Shown: positions 18,940 to 27,616 of the stretch, one piece after another | Layout of the letters: the number at the start of each line of letters is the position of its first letter | Position numbering within the stretch: the first letter of the stretch is position 1 | Virus record (IMG/VR): IMGVR_UViG_3300037722_001242 | Span: 1 to 45,131 of that record | Length of the DNA stretch: 45,131 bases | Source of the DNA: a virus | Taxonomy: Duplodnaviria; Caudoviricetes | Direction: 5' to 3' (one strand) | Program-made: the position numbers and the translations under genes | The notes under the pieces: model-generated | Databases searched by the model: none | Seen by the model: the letters and a program-made list of their open reading frames with translations, nothing else | Told to the model about the DNA's origin: nothing

Positions 18940-19205
18940 TTTGGCACCCTATGCCATGTAACCTCAATGAAGTCTCCGTTTTGGGTTATTCTAGCTTCAT
19001 ACGTAGGAGGATCGTCTACAGGATTAGTTTCATCAAAATCAGCATGTATTCCTACATAAACAAAACAATCACTCCAGTCCTCATACTTCGCGTCAAGTAT
19101 AACTACATCTCTAGTCACAGCTTCGTATATATCAGGACTATTCCACATAACACTCTTTGCTATATGGAACTTTCCTATGCGTCGATCTTTATACAAGTCT
19201 GTCAT
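18936..19205 (-). CDS. Hypothetical protein
   Basis: 4-bp ATGA overlaps with both neighbours; AT-richer than its flanks. Confidence 0.7.
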   Translation of the reverse strand: MTDLYKDRRIGKFHIAKSVMWNSPDIYEAVTRDVVILDAKYEDWSDCFVYVGIHADFDETNPVDDPPTYEARITQNGDFIEVTWHRVPK

Positions 19206-20470
19206 TCTACGTCCTCCTCAACCGGCTTAGACATTGATAGCAAGAAGGCATCGCGGAACGTCGTGCTGAGGTCCCATCCAAAGCCGTTATGCCCCAACTT
19301 ATATGCCGCCCTAAGAGTGACACCACTGCCCAGAAACGGAACGAGGACTGTACTGCCCGGAAAACAGCAGATGTTGATGATCTCTTCCAGGAGGGTAATA
19401 GGCTTCTCCGTAGGGTGCTTCTTGACCGAGGGATGGAGGGCGGGGTAGTCGAATACGTTGCCTCTCCCCGGTTTCGCTAGCTTCGGCTGGCCTTTTCTAG
19501 CAAGGAAGAACGGCTCATAGCAACTCCCAAGAGTTGTATCAGGAGATGCTGTTTGACCAGAGCCCCCCTTTGTCCATATGGAAGGTATGTCGGGAATAGC
19601 AAACCCTACCCCCTTCAAGATGCTCATGATCTCTGAGTGCCAAGACATACCATACCAGAAGATAGCAAAGCTATGTGGCTTTAGAGCTTTGTATGTCAGC
19701 TCAGCGGTTTGGAGGAACTTAGTAGTGAAATCTTCCCATTCTTGGTAAGTAGCCATCTTCCTTTCATCTTCATTTCGGCTCTTGCGACGATCTAGGTCAA
19801 CTCCATACGGAGGATCGACTTCAGCAAAGTGGGCCACTTCGGAGAGCTCTTGTAACTCATGTAAGGCATCTCCGATGCGATATGCACTCGCAGCCCACTC
19901 CGGAGTTCTAAGCTTCTTATGTCTGTCAGACCGCTCAAGCATCTCCATGAGTGCGGCACGACCAGCTTCCTCATCGAGGCTCTTATATATCTTCCACGCT
20001 TGTTCCTTAGTCTCCACGGTCTCCAGTTCGGTATCGCCCATCTCCAGTGCCTCGCCAAGGGAGAGTAGGCGATGGATTTCGGGCTGTTGACGTCCAGTGA
20101 GCTTCGCTTGAGCTTCCTGCGACCACTTTCGACTTTTGCTCTTACGCTTTGTGTATATGCGAAACTGTAGACGAGCTTCCTCTTGCCAGGTAAGGTCCTT
20201 ACGAGCAACATTCTCAATAAGTTCAACCTCCTCAGCATCAGTGGAGTCTTCCGGCTCACGCACGATAGCCTTGATGGTTGACAGGCCAAGATGTATATGA
20301 GCGAGAAGCCTACGCTCCCCCGCCATGAGCCGCCCGTTAGGGGCGACAGTAATCGGTTGCAGGAGTCCCTTCTCCTGTATGACCTCTGCGAGGGCCTCAA
20401 TTTCACCAAGGTCTTGACGTATGCGCTTGTCGTGCTTGATGCTGTCAATTGGCAGCTCCACTATCTTCAT
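19202..20470 (-). CDS. ParB/Srx N-terminal domain fused to an N4/N6 DNA methyltransferase
   Basis: GLLQPI..AGERRL..ENVARKDL; DPPY, HPTEKP, PFLGSG. Confidence 0.88.
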   Translation of the reverse strand: MKIVELPIDSIKHDKRIRQDLGEIEALAEVIQEKGLLQPITVAPNGRLMAGERRLLAHIHLGLSTIKAIVREPEDSTDAEEVELIENVARKDLTWQEEARLQFRIYTKRKSKSRKWSQEAQAKLTGRQQPEIHRLLSLGEALEMGDTELETVETKEQAWKIYKSLDEEAGRAALMEMLERSDRHKKLRTPEWAASAYRIGDALHELQELSEVAHFAEVDPPYGVDLDRRKSRNEDERKMATYQEWEDFTTKFLQTAELTYKALKPHSFAIFWYGMSWHSEIMSILKGVGFAIPDIPSIWTKGGSGQTASPDTTLGSCYEPFFLARKGQPKLAKPGRGNVFDYPALHPSVKKHPTEKPITLLEEIINICCFPGSTVLVPFLGSGVTLRAAYKLGHNGFGWDLSTTFRDAFLLSMSKPVEEDVE

Positions 20471-20705
20471 TCTCTTGCTCCCCCTCGAGCTGCGATATGA
20501 GTGCAGCTATCTGGTCTGAGGACATACCCTCTACGGCACGGAGAGCCTTGGTCTTTGCCTGCTCTCCTTTTACACGGCGCGTCCGTCTCGCAGCCGGTCG
20601 CTCTTTGGTAATACGTCTATCAGTGCGCGTCTTACGTATGAAGTCTAGAACCTCATCGTGAGACATGGTGGATAGTTCTTTGCGTAGGTTTGCTAGTCGA
20701 TCCAT
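20445..20705 (-). CDS. Hypothetical protein
   Basis: Likely start ATG 20705, downstream of an intergenic hairpin. Confidence 0.65.
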   Translation of the reverse strand: MDRLANLRKELSTMSHDEVLDFIRKTRTDRRITKERPAARRTRRVKGEQAKTKALRAVEGMSSDQIAALISQLEGEQENEDSGAAN

Positions 20706-20728
20706 TCCCAGTGTCCATAAAGCCTTTA

Positions 20729-20771
20729 TGGATAGTGGAGCCGCAGCGGCCTCTACTGCGGCTCCTATCCA
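20729..20771. promoter_or_regulatory. Intergenic stem-loop after the SSB gene
   Basis: TGGATAG-TGGAGCCGCAG / CTGCGGCTCC-TATCCA inverted repeat. Confidence 0.55.
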
Positions 20772-20777
20772 CAATCG

Positions 20778-21173
20778 TTACTCCTTCAGGCGTGGCAGCC
20801 GAAGGCGATTGTAGATATTCCCAGACTCGTCGTTGGCCTCCTCTTGGATAACCATGCAGCGGCCGGTAGCCCCTGCAAGGTCTTCCGAGTTGAAGCCAGA
20901 AGGGTCGAAGGGTATGCCGAAGCATGTGAGAAAGCGCTTCAGATCGAGGAGGCGCATCTGTACCTGCTCCCGCGGCAGATTGTCGTCGGGGTAGGTGATG
21001 TAGTGCCGAATAGGCATTGCATCCTCGCCCTCAATAGCAATACGGACAACAGTCATAGGGTTGCCCTTTTTGCTTTCGGTGTCCTCCGCGTCGATGATAC
21101 GTAGGTCGTACTCGCCCTCAGGGACTGCTTTGGGCTCCTTCACGTCGTCCAGCGGAACGCTGATGAATGGCAT
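20778..21173 (-). CDS. DUF669-like single-stranded DNA-binding protein
   Basis: AGGAGG RBS; VPEGEYDLRI..ESKKGNPM; follows the AAA ATPase. Confidence 0.75.
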   Translation of the reverse strand: MPFISVPLDDVKEPKAVPEGEYDLRIIDAEDTESKKGNPMTVVRIAIEGEDAMPIRHYITYPDDNLPREQVQMRLLDLKRFLTCFGIPFDPSGFNSEDLAGATGRCMVIQEEANDESGNIYNRLRLPRLKE

Positions 21174-21987
21174 CTTGTGTCCTCCTAATGAGTTTGCCGA
21201 TCCCCTCCTTGCCTGCAACGTCATTAGACAGGCGGGAGAGTGTTACGTCCTCAACGATGTTGAGGCCTGGTATACTGCAGCGAACGTCTTGAAGGCCCCG
21301 CGGTTCAGGCCGCGTTCGGACCTTATACTCAATACCTCCTTTCGACCCTTCTTCAGTGTGTGCCAACCACAAATCAGTGAATATCATAGGGAAGATAACG
21401 CGGGCTTTTCCAGGTAAGTTCAGTTGGACTTCGATCTTCTTTGTCTTGTCGTCCTGGAAAGATGAGATGTGGCCGGTCATATAGATGTTGATAGGTAGAG
21501 TAGCAATAGTGGAGAATACGTCGGCCAGCTTTGAGCCAACGACGCGGTAGTCGCCAAGTTCCTCAACATCGCCATACCTGTTGTTGATATACAGCTGACG
21601 ATCCATAGTCGCCTTGGAGAGAAATGTAGCACTGTCAAACACAAGCCAGTCGTATGCCTTGAAGAAACCCTTATCCGCCTTGGCGTTTAGGTCCTCTACC
21701 CAATTCAGGTAGATCTTTGGCTCACGCTTAGATGTAGAGCGCAGAGTATCGGACTTACTACCTTTGTTGAAGCCCTTTAGAGTGGCGTCTATCTCCGTAA
21801 CATCCGGCATGAACTCTTCATAGTCCATATCACAGCCGACTAGTGTAGATGATGCATTGGGATCGAATATATAGCCGAACTTCTTGCCGGGGAGAGACCA
21901 TATCTGGGCTGTCTTTCCCGAGCCAGTGCGGCCGACTACAAGGATGCGCTTGAATGGAGAGACTTCCATATTGCTAGCGTTTTTCAT
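21118..21987 (-). CDS. AAA_24/Sak4-like ATPase (recombinase)
   Basis: Walker A GRTGSGKT, Walker B LVFDS, MTGH. Confidence 0.78.
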   Translation of the reverse strand: MKNASNMEVSPFKRILVVGRTGSGKTAQIWSLPGKKFGYIFDPNASSTLVGCDMDYEEFMPDVTEIDATLKGFNKGSKSDTLRSTSKREPKIYLNWVEDLNAKADKGFFKAYDWLVFDSATFLSKATMDRQLYINNRYGDVEELGDYRVVGSKLADVFSTIATLPINIYMTGHISSFQDDKTKKIEVQLNLPGKARVIFPMIFTDLWLAHTEEGSKGGIEYKVRTRPEPRGLQDVRCSIPGLNIVEDVTLSRLSNDVAGKEGIGKLIRRTQDAIHQRSAGRREGAQSSP

Positions 21988-22178
21988 GCGTCCTTCGGAC
22001 GCGCCGCGTCCGCCTCATTGTATAGGACTAGCTCGAAACCTCCACACTCCATTGCAACCTGAAAGTCCGTTCGTTCCTCCTGACGGACTGTTAGGTCTCC
22101 TGCCTTTCCTCCATTTATCCACACTCCATATGTTGCATGACCTGGAGTTTCATACAGCAGTTTGAATAATGATCTCAT
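21984..22178 (-). CDS. Hypothetical protein
   Basis: ATGA coupling on both sides. Confidence 0.6.
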   Translation of the reverse strand: MRSLFKLLYETPGHATYGVWINGGKAGDLTVRQEERTDFQVAMECGGFELVLYNEADAARPKDA

Positions 22179-22402
22179 GATTGGTCCTCAGCGCGGGTGA
22201 TAGCTCGCACTGCCCACATGCAGGAGTCTTGAAGATGCGTCTTAGCTATGGCGAGGTCTCTAGGAGATACGTAGAACTCGGACATACGCTCTAACTGTGC
22301 CCATACAATCTCATATGTGATCTTAGTCGCCTCCATGTCCTCCTTCTGCTGATCGTTCAATGTACCGTAGTTGCGTCTGAATGGGTCACCTTGTACTGCC
22401 AT
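22175..22402 (-). CDS. acb2: Acb2-like anti-CBASS cyclic-oligonucleotide sponge
   Basis: Own AGGAGG RBS and ATG 22402; YGTLNDQQKEDMEATK...PRDLAIAKTHLQDSCMWAVRAI matches the Acb2 helical-hairpin signature as recalled. Confidence 0.72.
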   Translation of the reverse strand: MAVQGDPFRRNYGTLNDQQKEDMEATKITYEIVWAQLERMSEFYVSPRDLAIAKTHLQDSCMWAVRAITRAEDQS

Positions 22403-22636
22403 GTTACTTTCCTCCTTATTTCCTATCCTCTTGTAGATCCAGCCGGAGCCGCCACAGCGTGGGCAGTCGCCCAACTGCACTGGGTGCGACGATCCGTCCG
22501 GGTAATCCTTGCCGCCGACAAATCCATCTCCATCGCAGCGCGGACACAGCTGTTGAGATATGGCTACGCGCATCTGGTCTGCTGTCATGTCGAGCGCTGG
22601 TGCCGGGAGTTGCGGCTTTTCATGTTCATGTTCCAC
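22175..22636 (-). CDS. Long isoform: DnaJ-type zinc finger fused in frame to the Acb2-like domain
   Basis: GGAGG RBS; CPRCDGDG and CPRCGGSG; no stop before the Acb2-like part. Confidence 0.6.
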   Translation of the reverse strand: MEHEHEKPQLPAPALDMTADQMRVAISQQLCPRCDGDGFVGGKDYPDGSSHPVQLGDCPRCGGSGWIYKRIGNKEESNMAVQGDPFRRNYGTLNDQQKEDMEATKITYEIVWAQLERMSEFYVSPRDLAIAKTHLQDSCMWAVRAITRAEDQS

Positions 22637-23591
22637 CTCCTATAATACCTGCCAAGTTAGGGATTTCCTTCAGGGGGTCCCATACTGTATCTACGTATTC
22701 TGGAGGGGTAGGCTTCCCCACTGGGTTCGGCCACGCCTTGCAAAGGTCGAGGTATGGACAGGATACAGAGAAGTCCCAACACGAGTTGGTGTTCTTAGGA
22801 AAGGCTGCCATGTACTTGTCTGTCGGCTGCACCGCGCCGAGGGCCACTTTGTCAGCCTCAATTGCAGCTATCCATCGGTGGACGTCGAAGAGCCAGCTGT
22901 CGAGGTGGTCTATCTGGCGCTCTACAGGTATAAACATGAAGCCCTCGTCGGTCTTGTGAACTAGGGCTGCATCTACCCAAACGCCGGCCACCTTTCCAGG
23001 ATACATCAGATGGAGGGCATATAGGTAGCCATCCACCTGACTGTTGGGGCTAAAGCTGTCTGTGAAGGATGAGCGGAACTTGGAGGCCTTGGAGTAGGCG
23101 GTGGTGGTCTTATGCTCGATGCCCCGTACCCTGTCTGTATGGGTAAGTTGGACGATCTTGTCTATCTTGCCCACATAGAATAGGGAGTCATCGTCGGGAT
23201 CGAGGGGGACAGCGAAGGGACGTTCTATGTGTAGTATCTCATAGTCGCCCGCTATACGCTTCCTTGCTGCAACGTAGCCTACTAGCTTTTCGTAGGCATT
23301 GCCAGGCGTCCTAGGGGAGTATTCCTGCTCCTGTTCGAGGGACAGCTCGGGAGGCATGCCTTCTGCTGTCCAGTAGCGAAGGAAGGCCCTCCAGCCTTCC
23401 TCTACCAGTGCCTGCTCTGGCATCTTCGCAATGAGGCCAGGCCATACGACATCCATAGCTGCGTGCCACGCGCCGCCGAATATTAGGGGCATAGACTTAC
23501 GTTCGGGCGCCCAGTGGCGAACATGACGGTAGTAGTAGAACTTAGGACATCGCTTGTAGTCAGATAGGCGAGTGTTGTCGTACAGCCTCAT
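22626..23591 (-). CDS. PD-(D/E)xK exonuclease (RecB/Cas4-like)
   Basis: CPKFYYY, FGGAWH, E..F, GKIDK, EHKT, Q..GY, C-terminal Cys cluster. Confidence 0.85.
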   Translation of the reverse strand: MRLYDNTRLSDYKRCPKFYYYRHVRHWAPERKSMPLIFGGAWHAAMDVVWPGLIAKMPEQALVEEGWRAFLRYWTAEGMPPELSLEQEQEYSPRTPGNAYEKLVGYVAARKRIAGDYEILHIERPFAVPLDPDDDSLFYVGKIDKIVQLTHTDRVRGIEHKTTTAYSKASKFRSSFTDSFSPNSQVDGYLYALHLMYPGKVAGVWVDAALVHKTDEGFMFIPVERQIDHLDSWLFDVHRWIAAIEADKVALGAVQPTDKYMAAFPKNTNSCWDFSVSCPYLDLCKAWPNPVGKPTPPEYVDTVWDPLKEIPNLAGIIGGGT

Positions 23592-23934
23592 CTGTGATTT
23601 CCCTTACCTCGATACCTGCACTCTTAGCACGCCTTACCATGTCGGCAGTGCCACGTCCTCCAAAGAATGCTATTACTACGTCTATATTCAGACCTAACAT
23701 CCAGCCATTTCTTATAGGCCCAGCAGTAGGACCGTAGAAGCCCCAATTAGCATGTACTGTAGCACATGGTAGACCATTGGCGATCGCATACTTTCTAGCT
23801 AATAAGTCTGCTCCTTTAGCACCTCCTTGCACAATGAATAGGGTGCCAAATTCAATTCTAAGATTGTCGAGTACGATGGTAATTAGGTCTACATCGTCGT
23901 AGTCTCTACCACCGCACACAAGCACGATCTTCAT
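23560..23934 (-). CDS. YspA/DUF2493-like SLOG-family protein
   Basis: VLVCGGRDY, GGAKGAD, AGPIRN, GGRGTADM. Confidence 0.85.
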   Translation of the reverse strand: MKIVLVCGGRDYDDVDLITIVLDNLRIEFGTLFIVQGGAKGADLLARKYAIANGLPCATVHANWGFYGPTAGPIRNGWMLGLNIDVVIAFFGGRGTADMVRRAKSAGIEVREITDEAVRQHSPI

Positions 23935-24335
23935 GACAGAAACGCTCCGACTGTGCCGATGAGACCAACACCTCCAAGGATGGCAAGCCAGCCAGCTACA
24001 CTGTGTACTGTCTCTGCCACACCCTGCCACATATCACGCACGACCTTAGGCATGGATCGTCCTTGGCCGTAGCACTCCTTATGGACATAGTCAGCCAGAA
24101 ATGCCATAGCGTCTTCGAAGTTGGACTTCGCAGCTACACCATGGCCAGGGATCATGATGATGAAGCCACCTTGGTTGCACTGGAGGATAGTAGGGCGTAT
24201 CATCTTGGAGGCATGATGTATCCTCATGCTAGGTGAAGCAGGTTCACTGCCGTCGTCTAATCCGTATAGATGGGGATCATCTCCGTTATCCGTCAACATC
24301 TCTTCTATACGTTCCATTAGGTCAGTTCCCTTCAT
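23931..24335 (-). CDS. Hypothetical protein with a C-terminal TM helix
   Basis: GGAGG RBS before ATG 24335. Confidence 0.6.
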   Translation of the reverse strand: MKGTDLMERIEEMLTDNGDDPHLYGLDDGSEPASPSMRIHHASKMIRPTILQCNQGGFIIMIPGHGVAAKSNFEDAMAFLADYVHKECYGQGRSMPKVVRDMWQGVAETVHSVAGWLAILGGVGLIGTVGAFLS

Positions 24336-24419
24336 GCTGTGCCTCCCAGCCCCAATGAAAGATCGAGGGAGGGCCACGAGGTAAGCCCTCCCTCTCAGTC
24401 CACTAACGACACCAGACCG

Positions 24420-24761
24420 TTAGTTGGACTTAGACTTGAGCTCCTTCAAGAAGGCCTGCCGCTGTTCGGCAGACATAGACTGGAGAGCCTCTCGAGCACG
24501 GTCCTCGGGAGTCTTCGCAGGACGCCGAACGCCGGGCTTCCAGTCGGCAACAGCCTCTTGAATTTCCTCAGGCTGCTTTCCAGCTTCTAGCTGGCCCCGA
24601 ATGTATGCCTGTATGGCAATAATAAGGCTTTGCCTTGCTCGGCTATAGACGACTTCCTCCCCGAACTGCTGTACTAGTTCTTGGACTGTGTCACCCATAT
24701 CGTAGGATACAGCACATTCACCTACGTTGGTCTTCTCAGCTGTGATTTCAATTTTCTGCAT
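24420..24761 (-). CDS. Hypothetical protein
   Basis: AAGGA RBS; C-terminal motif shared with 32460..32921. Confidence 0.75.
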   Translation of the reverse strand: MQKIEITAEKTNVGECAVSYDMGDTVQELVQQFGEEVVYSRARQSLIIAIQAYIRGQLEAGKQPEEIQEAVADWKPGVRRPAKTPEDRAREALQSMSAEQRQAFLKELKSKSN

Positions 24762-24860
24762 GACGATCCTCTTCTAGGGACGGCTTGGCCGTCGGGTGTC
24801 AAAATCCCCGCAATGACGAAGCATCGCACACCTTCCGCGGGTATGCAATCGGAAAGTGTG

Positions 24861-25226
24861 TTACTGCACGTCCGTTTTTGTCTTATCGAGTTGTAGGTTG
24901 TGGTATAGGTCTAAGATATCTTTGTTGACAGCGGATATCATTGCACTTCTGATATTATCCAAAATCACGACTAAGCCACCTGGAGCATCATTACGAGATA
25001 GGGACACGGCATAGATGATGATGACATTGATTAGCGCGTACATCAGCGCCATAACGGTATCTCCAGCATTCGTGCCACGATTGTTCTCTTCTACCGAGTA
25101 GTCCCGTACCATATTTAGTACGCGCTTCTTTATTCGGCCTTGCAGAGCGCGCTTAGGGTCTTTGGACATAGACATATCATGTATGTCTTCCGTCATCTTG
25201 TCTAGCATGGCTTGAGGTAGGAACAT
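24861..25226 (-). CDS. Hypothetical protein
   Basis: AAGGAG RBS; operon context. Confidence 0.65.
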   Translation of the reverse strand: MFLPQAMLDKMTEDIHDMSMSKDPKRALQGRIKKRVLNMVRDYSVEENNRGTNAGDTVMALMYALINVIIIYAVSLSRNDAPGGLVVILDNIRSAMISAVNKDILDLYHNLQLDKTKTDVQ

Positions 25227-25236
25227 AGGGGGCTCC

Positions 25237-25455
25237 TTATATTGTCTTATTGTCGTCTTCAGATGTATCCTTACCGCACCTTCTACGAAAATCCAAGAGG
25301 TTGGCTAAGGCGCTGTCTTCCAGTGCCACTCTATGCCATCCATTCTCTCGCATAGTGTGTAGCCATATCTGATAGCCGTCAAATGTAGCATATACGCCGT
25401 CGCCCATGTATTCCGCTTTTACTCCAAACTCTTTACCTATCTCATTCAGGTTCAT
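25237..25455 (-). CDS. Hypothetical protein
   Basis: AGGAG RBS; operon context. Confidence 0.65.
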   Translation of the reverse strand: MNLNEIGKEFGVKAEYMGDGVYATFDGYQIWLHTMRENGWHRVALEDSALANLLDFRRRCGKDTSEDDNKTI

Positions 25456-25657
25456 GTTGTTTCTCCTCCTTGAATGTACTATCCCACTCCTCCTGAGTTA
25501 TCCCACTTATTATGAATTCTCTCTCGTTGGCAGATAGGTGAGGAAGGGCATCTTGTATCAAGATGCCATTCATGTAGTCGCCCCACTGCTCCCATGTGAT
25601 AGGGAGCTCGATGGTGCGCTCTATGCCTGACAGGCATGATATTCTGGTTATCTTCAT
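25442..25657 (-). CDS. Hypothetical phage protein
   Basis: ATGA coupling; IQDALPHLSANEREFIISG. Confidence 0.7.
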   Translation of the reverse strand: MKITRISCLSGIERTIELPITWEQWGDYMNGILIQDALPHLSANEREFIISGITQEEWDSTFKEEKQHEPE

Positions 25658-25956
25658 ACCTGCCAGTCCTGTGATAGAGCGCCTACTTCTTTGAGCTTAT
25701 CTACACGGACTAGATACCATTTACGAGGGCGCGTGTCTGGATAGACGAATGCCACTAGCTCTTCCTTGCAGTAGCATACACCAGCGGCAGTGAATGCTCC
25801 ATTGTCGACTAGACATACTGGCAGCATAGGATTATCGTTTGGATCCTTCCATGTGCCAAACTGTGCTTCTGTAACATGATGAAGAGGAACACTAATGCCG
25901 TTAGTCTTCAGCCACTCTTCTTTGGTCTCTTTAGTAGGATTTATGTAGTGTCCCAT
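25654..25956 (-). CDS. Hypothetical protein
   Basis: GGAG RBS before ATG 25956. Confidence 0.7.
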   Translation of the reverse strand: MGHYINPTKETKEEWLKTNGISVPLHHVTEAQFGTWKDPNDNPMLPVCLVDNGAFTAAGVCYCKEELVAFVYPDTRPRKWYLVRVDKLKEVGALSQDWQV

Positions 25957-26016
25957 GTATGGTCTCCATTGTTGATATGACACGAGGTCGGATGGGGGAT
26001 TGCCGATCGCCGTGCC

Positions 26017-26091
26017 TGGTGGCCCCAACGAGCGACGTTTACCAATTTTGGATACCGGGCTACCACCCGCCTAAACCCAGGCTGTGGGGCC
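26017..26091 (-). ncRNA. tRNA-like structured RNA (75 nt; 7-bp terminal stem followed by ACCA)
   Basis: 5'-GGCCCCA...TGGGGCC-ACCA-3' in an intergenic gap, with internal stems; no TTC T-loop. Confidence 0.35.
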
Positions 26092-26117
26092 AACGTGGGC
26101 CGTTTATTACGTCAGGA

Positions 26118-26447
26118 TCAATGATCTCGCCATAGTGTACTAGGTCTGCGCTTTGAGTAGTCGACATTGGTCTTCCTCCTTGTTATGGTTAACTCGTAGC
26201 CGTGTGCCCAAAGGACGCGGTTCATAGTGTGGGCGCGAGGATAGCGCGTGCCGCCAGCTTTGACTGGGCGGCGCCAGCTTCTGACAGTCGCAGTAGCAAC
26301 TGGCCTGTCCTCATCCGATCCCCACATCTCAGTGCCGTCTGTCACCTCACGTGGCGACATGCCAGCGAACAAGTGTAGCACCTTGTGGACAAGGCGGTCC
26401 TTGCTAAGGTCCGTCGCTGGTGGGCGCGAGATGCGCTTTCTCGTCAT
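26118..26447 (-). CDS. Possible HTH-type DNA-binding protein
   Basis: VATATVRSWR...YPRAHTMNRVLWAHGYEL resembles the C-terminal half of XRE/Cro proteins. Confidence 0.5.
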   Translation of the reverse strand: MTRKRISRPPATDLSKDRLVHKVLHLFAGMSPREVTDGTEMWGSDEDRPVATATVRSWRRPVKAGGTRYPRAHTMNRVLWAHGYELTITRRKTNVDYSKRRPSTLWRDH

Positions 26448-26763
26448 TGGTCATTCTCCTGAACAGTGGCCATACTTCAAGGTACTCACCGAGGCATAGT
26501 ACGTGGGTAATCTCGCCCCAGTGTACGAACTCTACCGCAGCGATATTGTAGCGTACACCGCACGTAGCGTCAGCGCATAGCATGTTCACAGCCGCTCCAC
26601 CTCGAGGGCCTATGAGGACAGGACTGTAGCAGAATGGGCATATACCACTCTTGATCTCTCGCACTGCCCAAGAGGGAAGTGAGCCTGTTTCCTTGGCAAG
26701 GGGCTCCCTTGCATCACCGAAGCCAAATATGCGCTTTATAGTAGGCAGTATGCTTTCTATCAT
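26404..26763 (-). CDS. Hypothetical zinc-ribbon protein
   Basis: CPFC...GPRGG...C-x4-C. Confidence 0.6.
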   Translation of the reverse strand: MIESILPTIKRIFGFGDAREPLAKETGSLPSWAVREIKSGICPFCYSPVLIGPRGGAAVNMLCADATCGVRYNIAAVEFVHWGEITHVLCLGEYLEVWPLFRRMTNDEKAHLAPTSDGP

Positions 26764-26927
26764 GCCTTCTCCTCCTTGTAGTTCTTAGGCCTAGGATAGA
26801 CAAGGTGGTCTCCTACCTTGTAGTAGCCCTTAGCTATCGTAATTTTGACTATTACATACTTTTCAGGGTGGTTCTTAGCTAGGCCGACTATCTCAGCTAT
26901 AGAACCCCCTTCTAGCTTCACGTCCAT
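26760..26927 (-). CDS. Small hypothetical protein (55 aa, not in ORF track)
   Basis: MDVKLEGGSIAEIVG...; fills the gap and is ATGA-coupled downstream. Confidence 0.5.
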   Translation of the reverse strand: MDVKLEGGSIAEIVGLAKNHPEKYVIVKITIAKGYYKVGDHLVYPRPKNYKEEKA

Positions 26928-26933
26928 TGGAGG

Positions 26934-27113
26934 TCATCCTACCTTCGCTATCCACGACATGCGCACTGCTGTCATGAAGTGCAGTACTGCTACCTTATTG
27001 TCTGCTGTAGCAGGTACGTCCAGATCATGAAGGAGCTTGTTGATAGCAGGTATATCGCTACCATCAGCATCATCCAGTATGATCTTAGTCCATTCCTCTA
27101 CCGATCTGGCCAC
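26934..27113 (-). CDS. Small hypothetical protein (59 aa, not in ORF track)
   Basis: AGGAGG RBS and GTG start; MARSVEEWTKIILDD... Confidence 0.55.
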   Translation of the reverse strand: MARSVEEWTKIILDDADGSDIPAINKLLHDLDVPATADNKVAVLHFMTAVRMSWIAKVG

Positions 27114-27321
27114 GTTCTTGTTCCTCCTTTAGTCGCTTGTCTGAGATGATCCTGAACACCGCGCCGCGGAAGTCGTCACTGTCTCTCTCCCATCCGAAGC
27201 GTACGTCTTGCAGATCGAGATATGCCTGGACAAGGGAGTCCTGGTCTACGTAGGTACGAGTAGCAAGTGTTCCCCACTCCTCGTAGCGGGCACTGCGAGA
27301 CTGTAGGTAGATATCTGCCAT
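27085..27321 (-). CDS. Hypothetical protein
   Basis: AGGAG RBS. Confidence 0.6.
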   Translation of the reverse strand: MADIYLQSRSARYEEWGTLATRTYVDQDSLVQAYLDLQDVRFGWERDSDDFRGAVFRIISDKRLKEEQERGQIGRGMD

Positions 27322-27564
27322 CTAGCTCTCCTTCGGCGCTGCTGAGATGATCTCTGCCTGATCTATGTCATAACCATTGGCAGACATTAGACCATCCAGC
27401 TCACCATCATCCTTCAATAGATTGTCATGAACGTAGTCCATGACTGCACTATGGTCGGTGGGGTTGATGAGATCGTCATCACCGCCGAAGTCGTCAGCAT
27501 AGTCGTCTGTGTCGAATTCGAAGGTCATGCTGATAGTGATGCTGGCTTTGACTTCGTATTTCAT
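27322..27564 (-). CDS. Small, very acidic protein
   Basis: AGGAG RBS; D/E-rich. Confidence 0.65.
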   Translation of the reverse strand: MKYEVKASITISMTFEFDTDDYADDFGGDDDLINPTDHSAVMDYVHDNLLKDDGELDGLMSANGYDIDQAEIISAAPKES

Positions 27565-27581
27565 GCCTATCTCCTATGCAT

Positions 27582-27613
27582 ACAGGGGCGCACCCTTACG
27601 AGCACGCCCCTGT
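27582..27613. terminator. Intergenic hairpin
   Basis: ACAGGGGCG / CGCCCCTGT; no strong U-tract. Confidence 0.4.
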
Positions 27614-27616
27614 TGT

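Noticed and set aside
22626-23591. Cas4 as evidence of CRISPR adaptation
   Set aside because: It sits in a standard exonuclease-ATPase-SSB recombination module, and there is no cas1 or cas2
26017-26091. Canonical tRNA gene
   Set aside because: No TTC T-loop and no regular anticodon arm; kept only as a tRNA-like candidate
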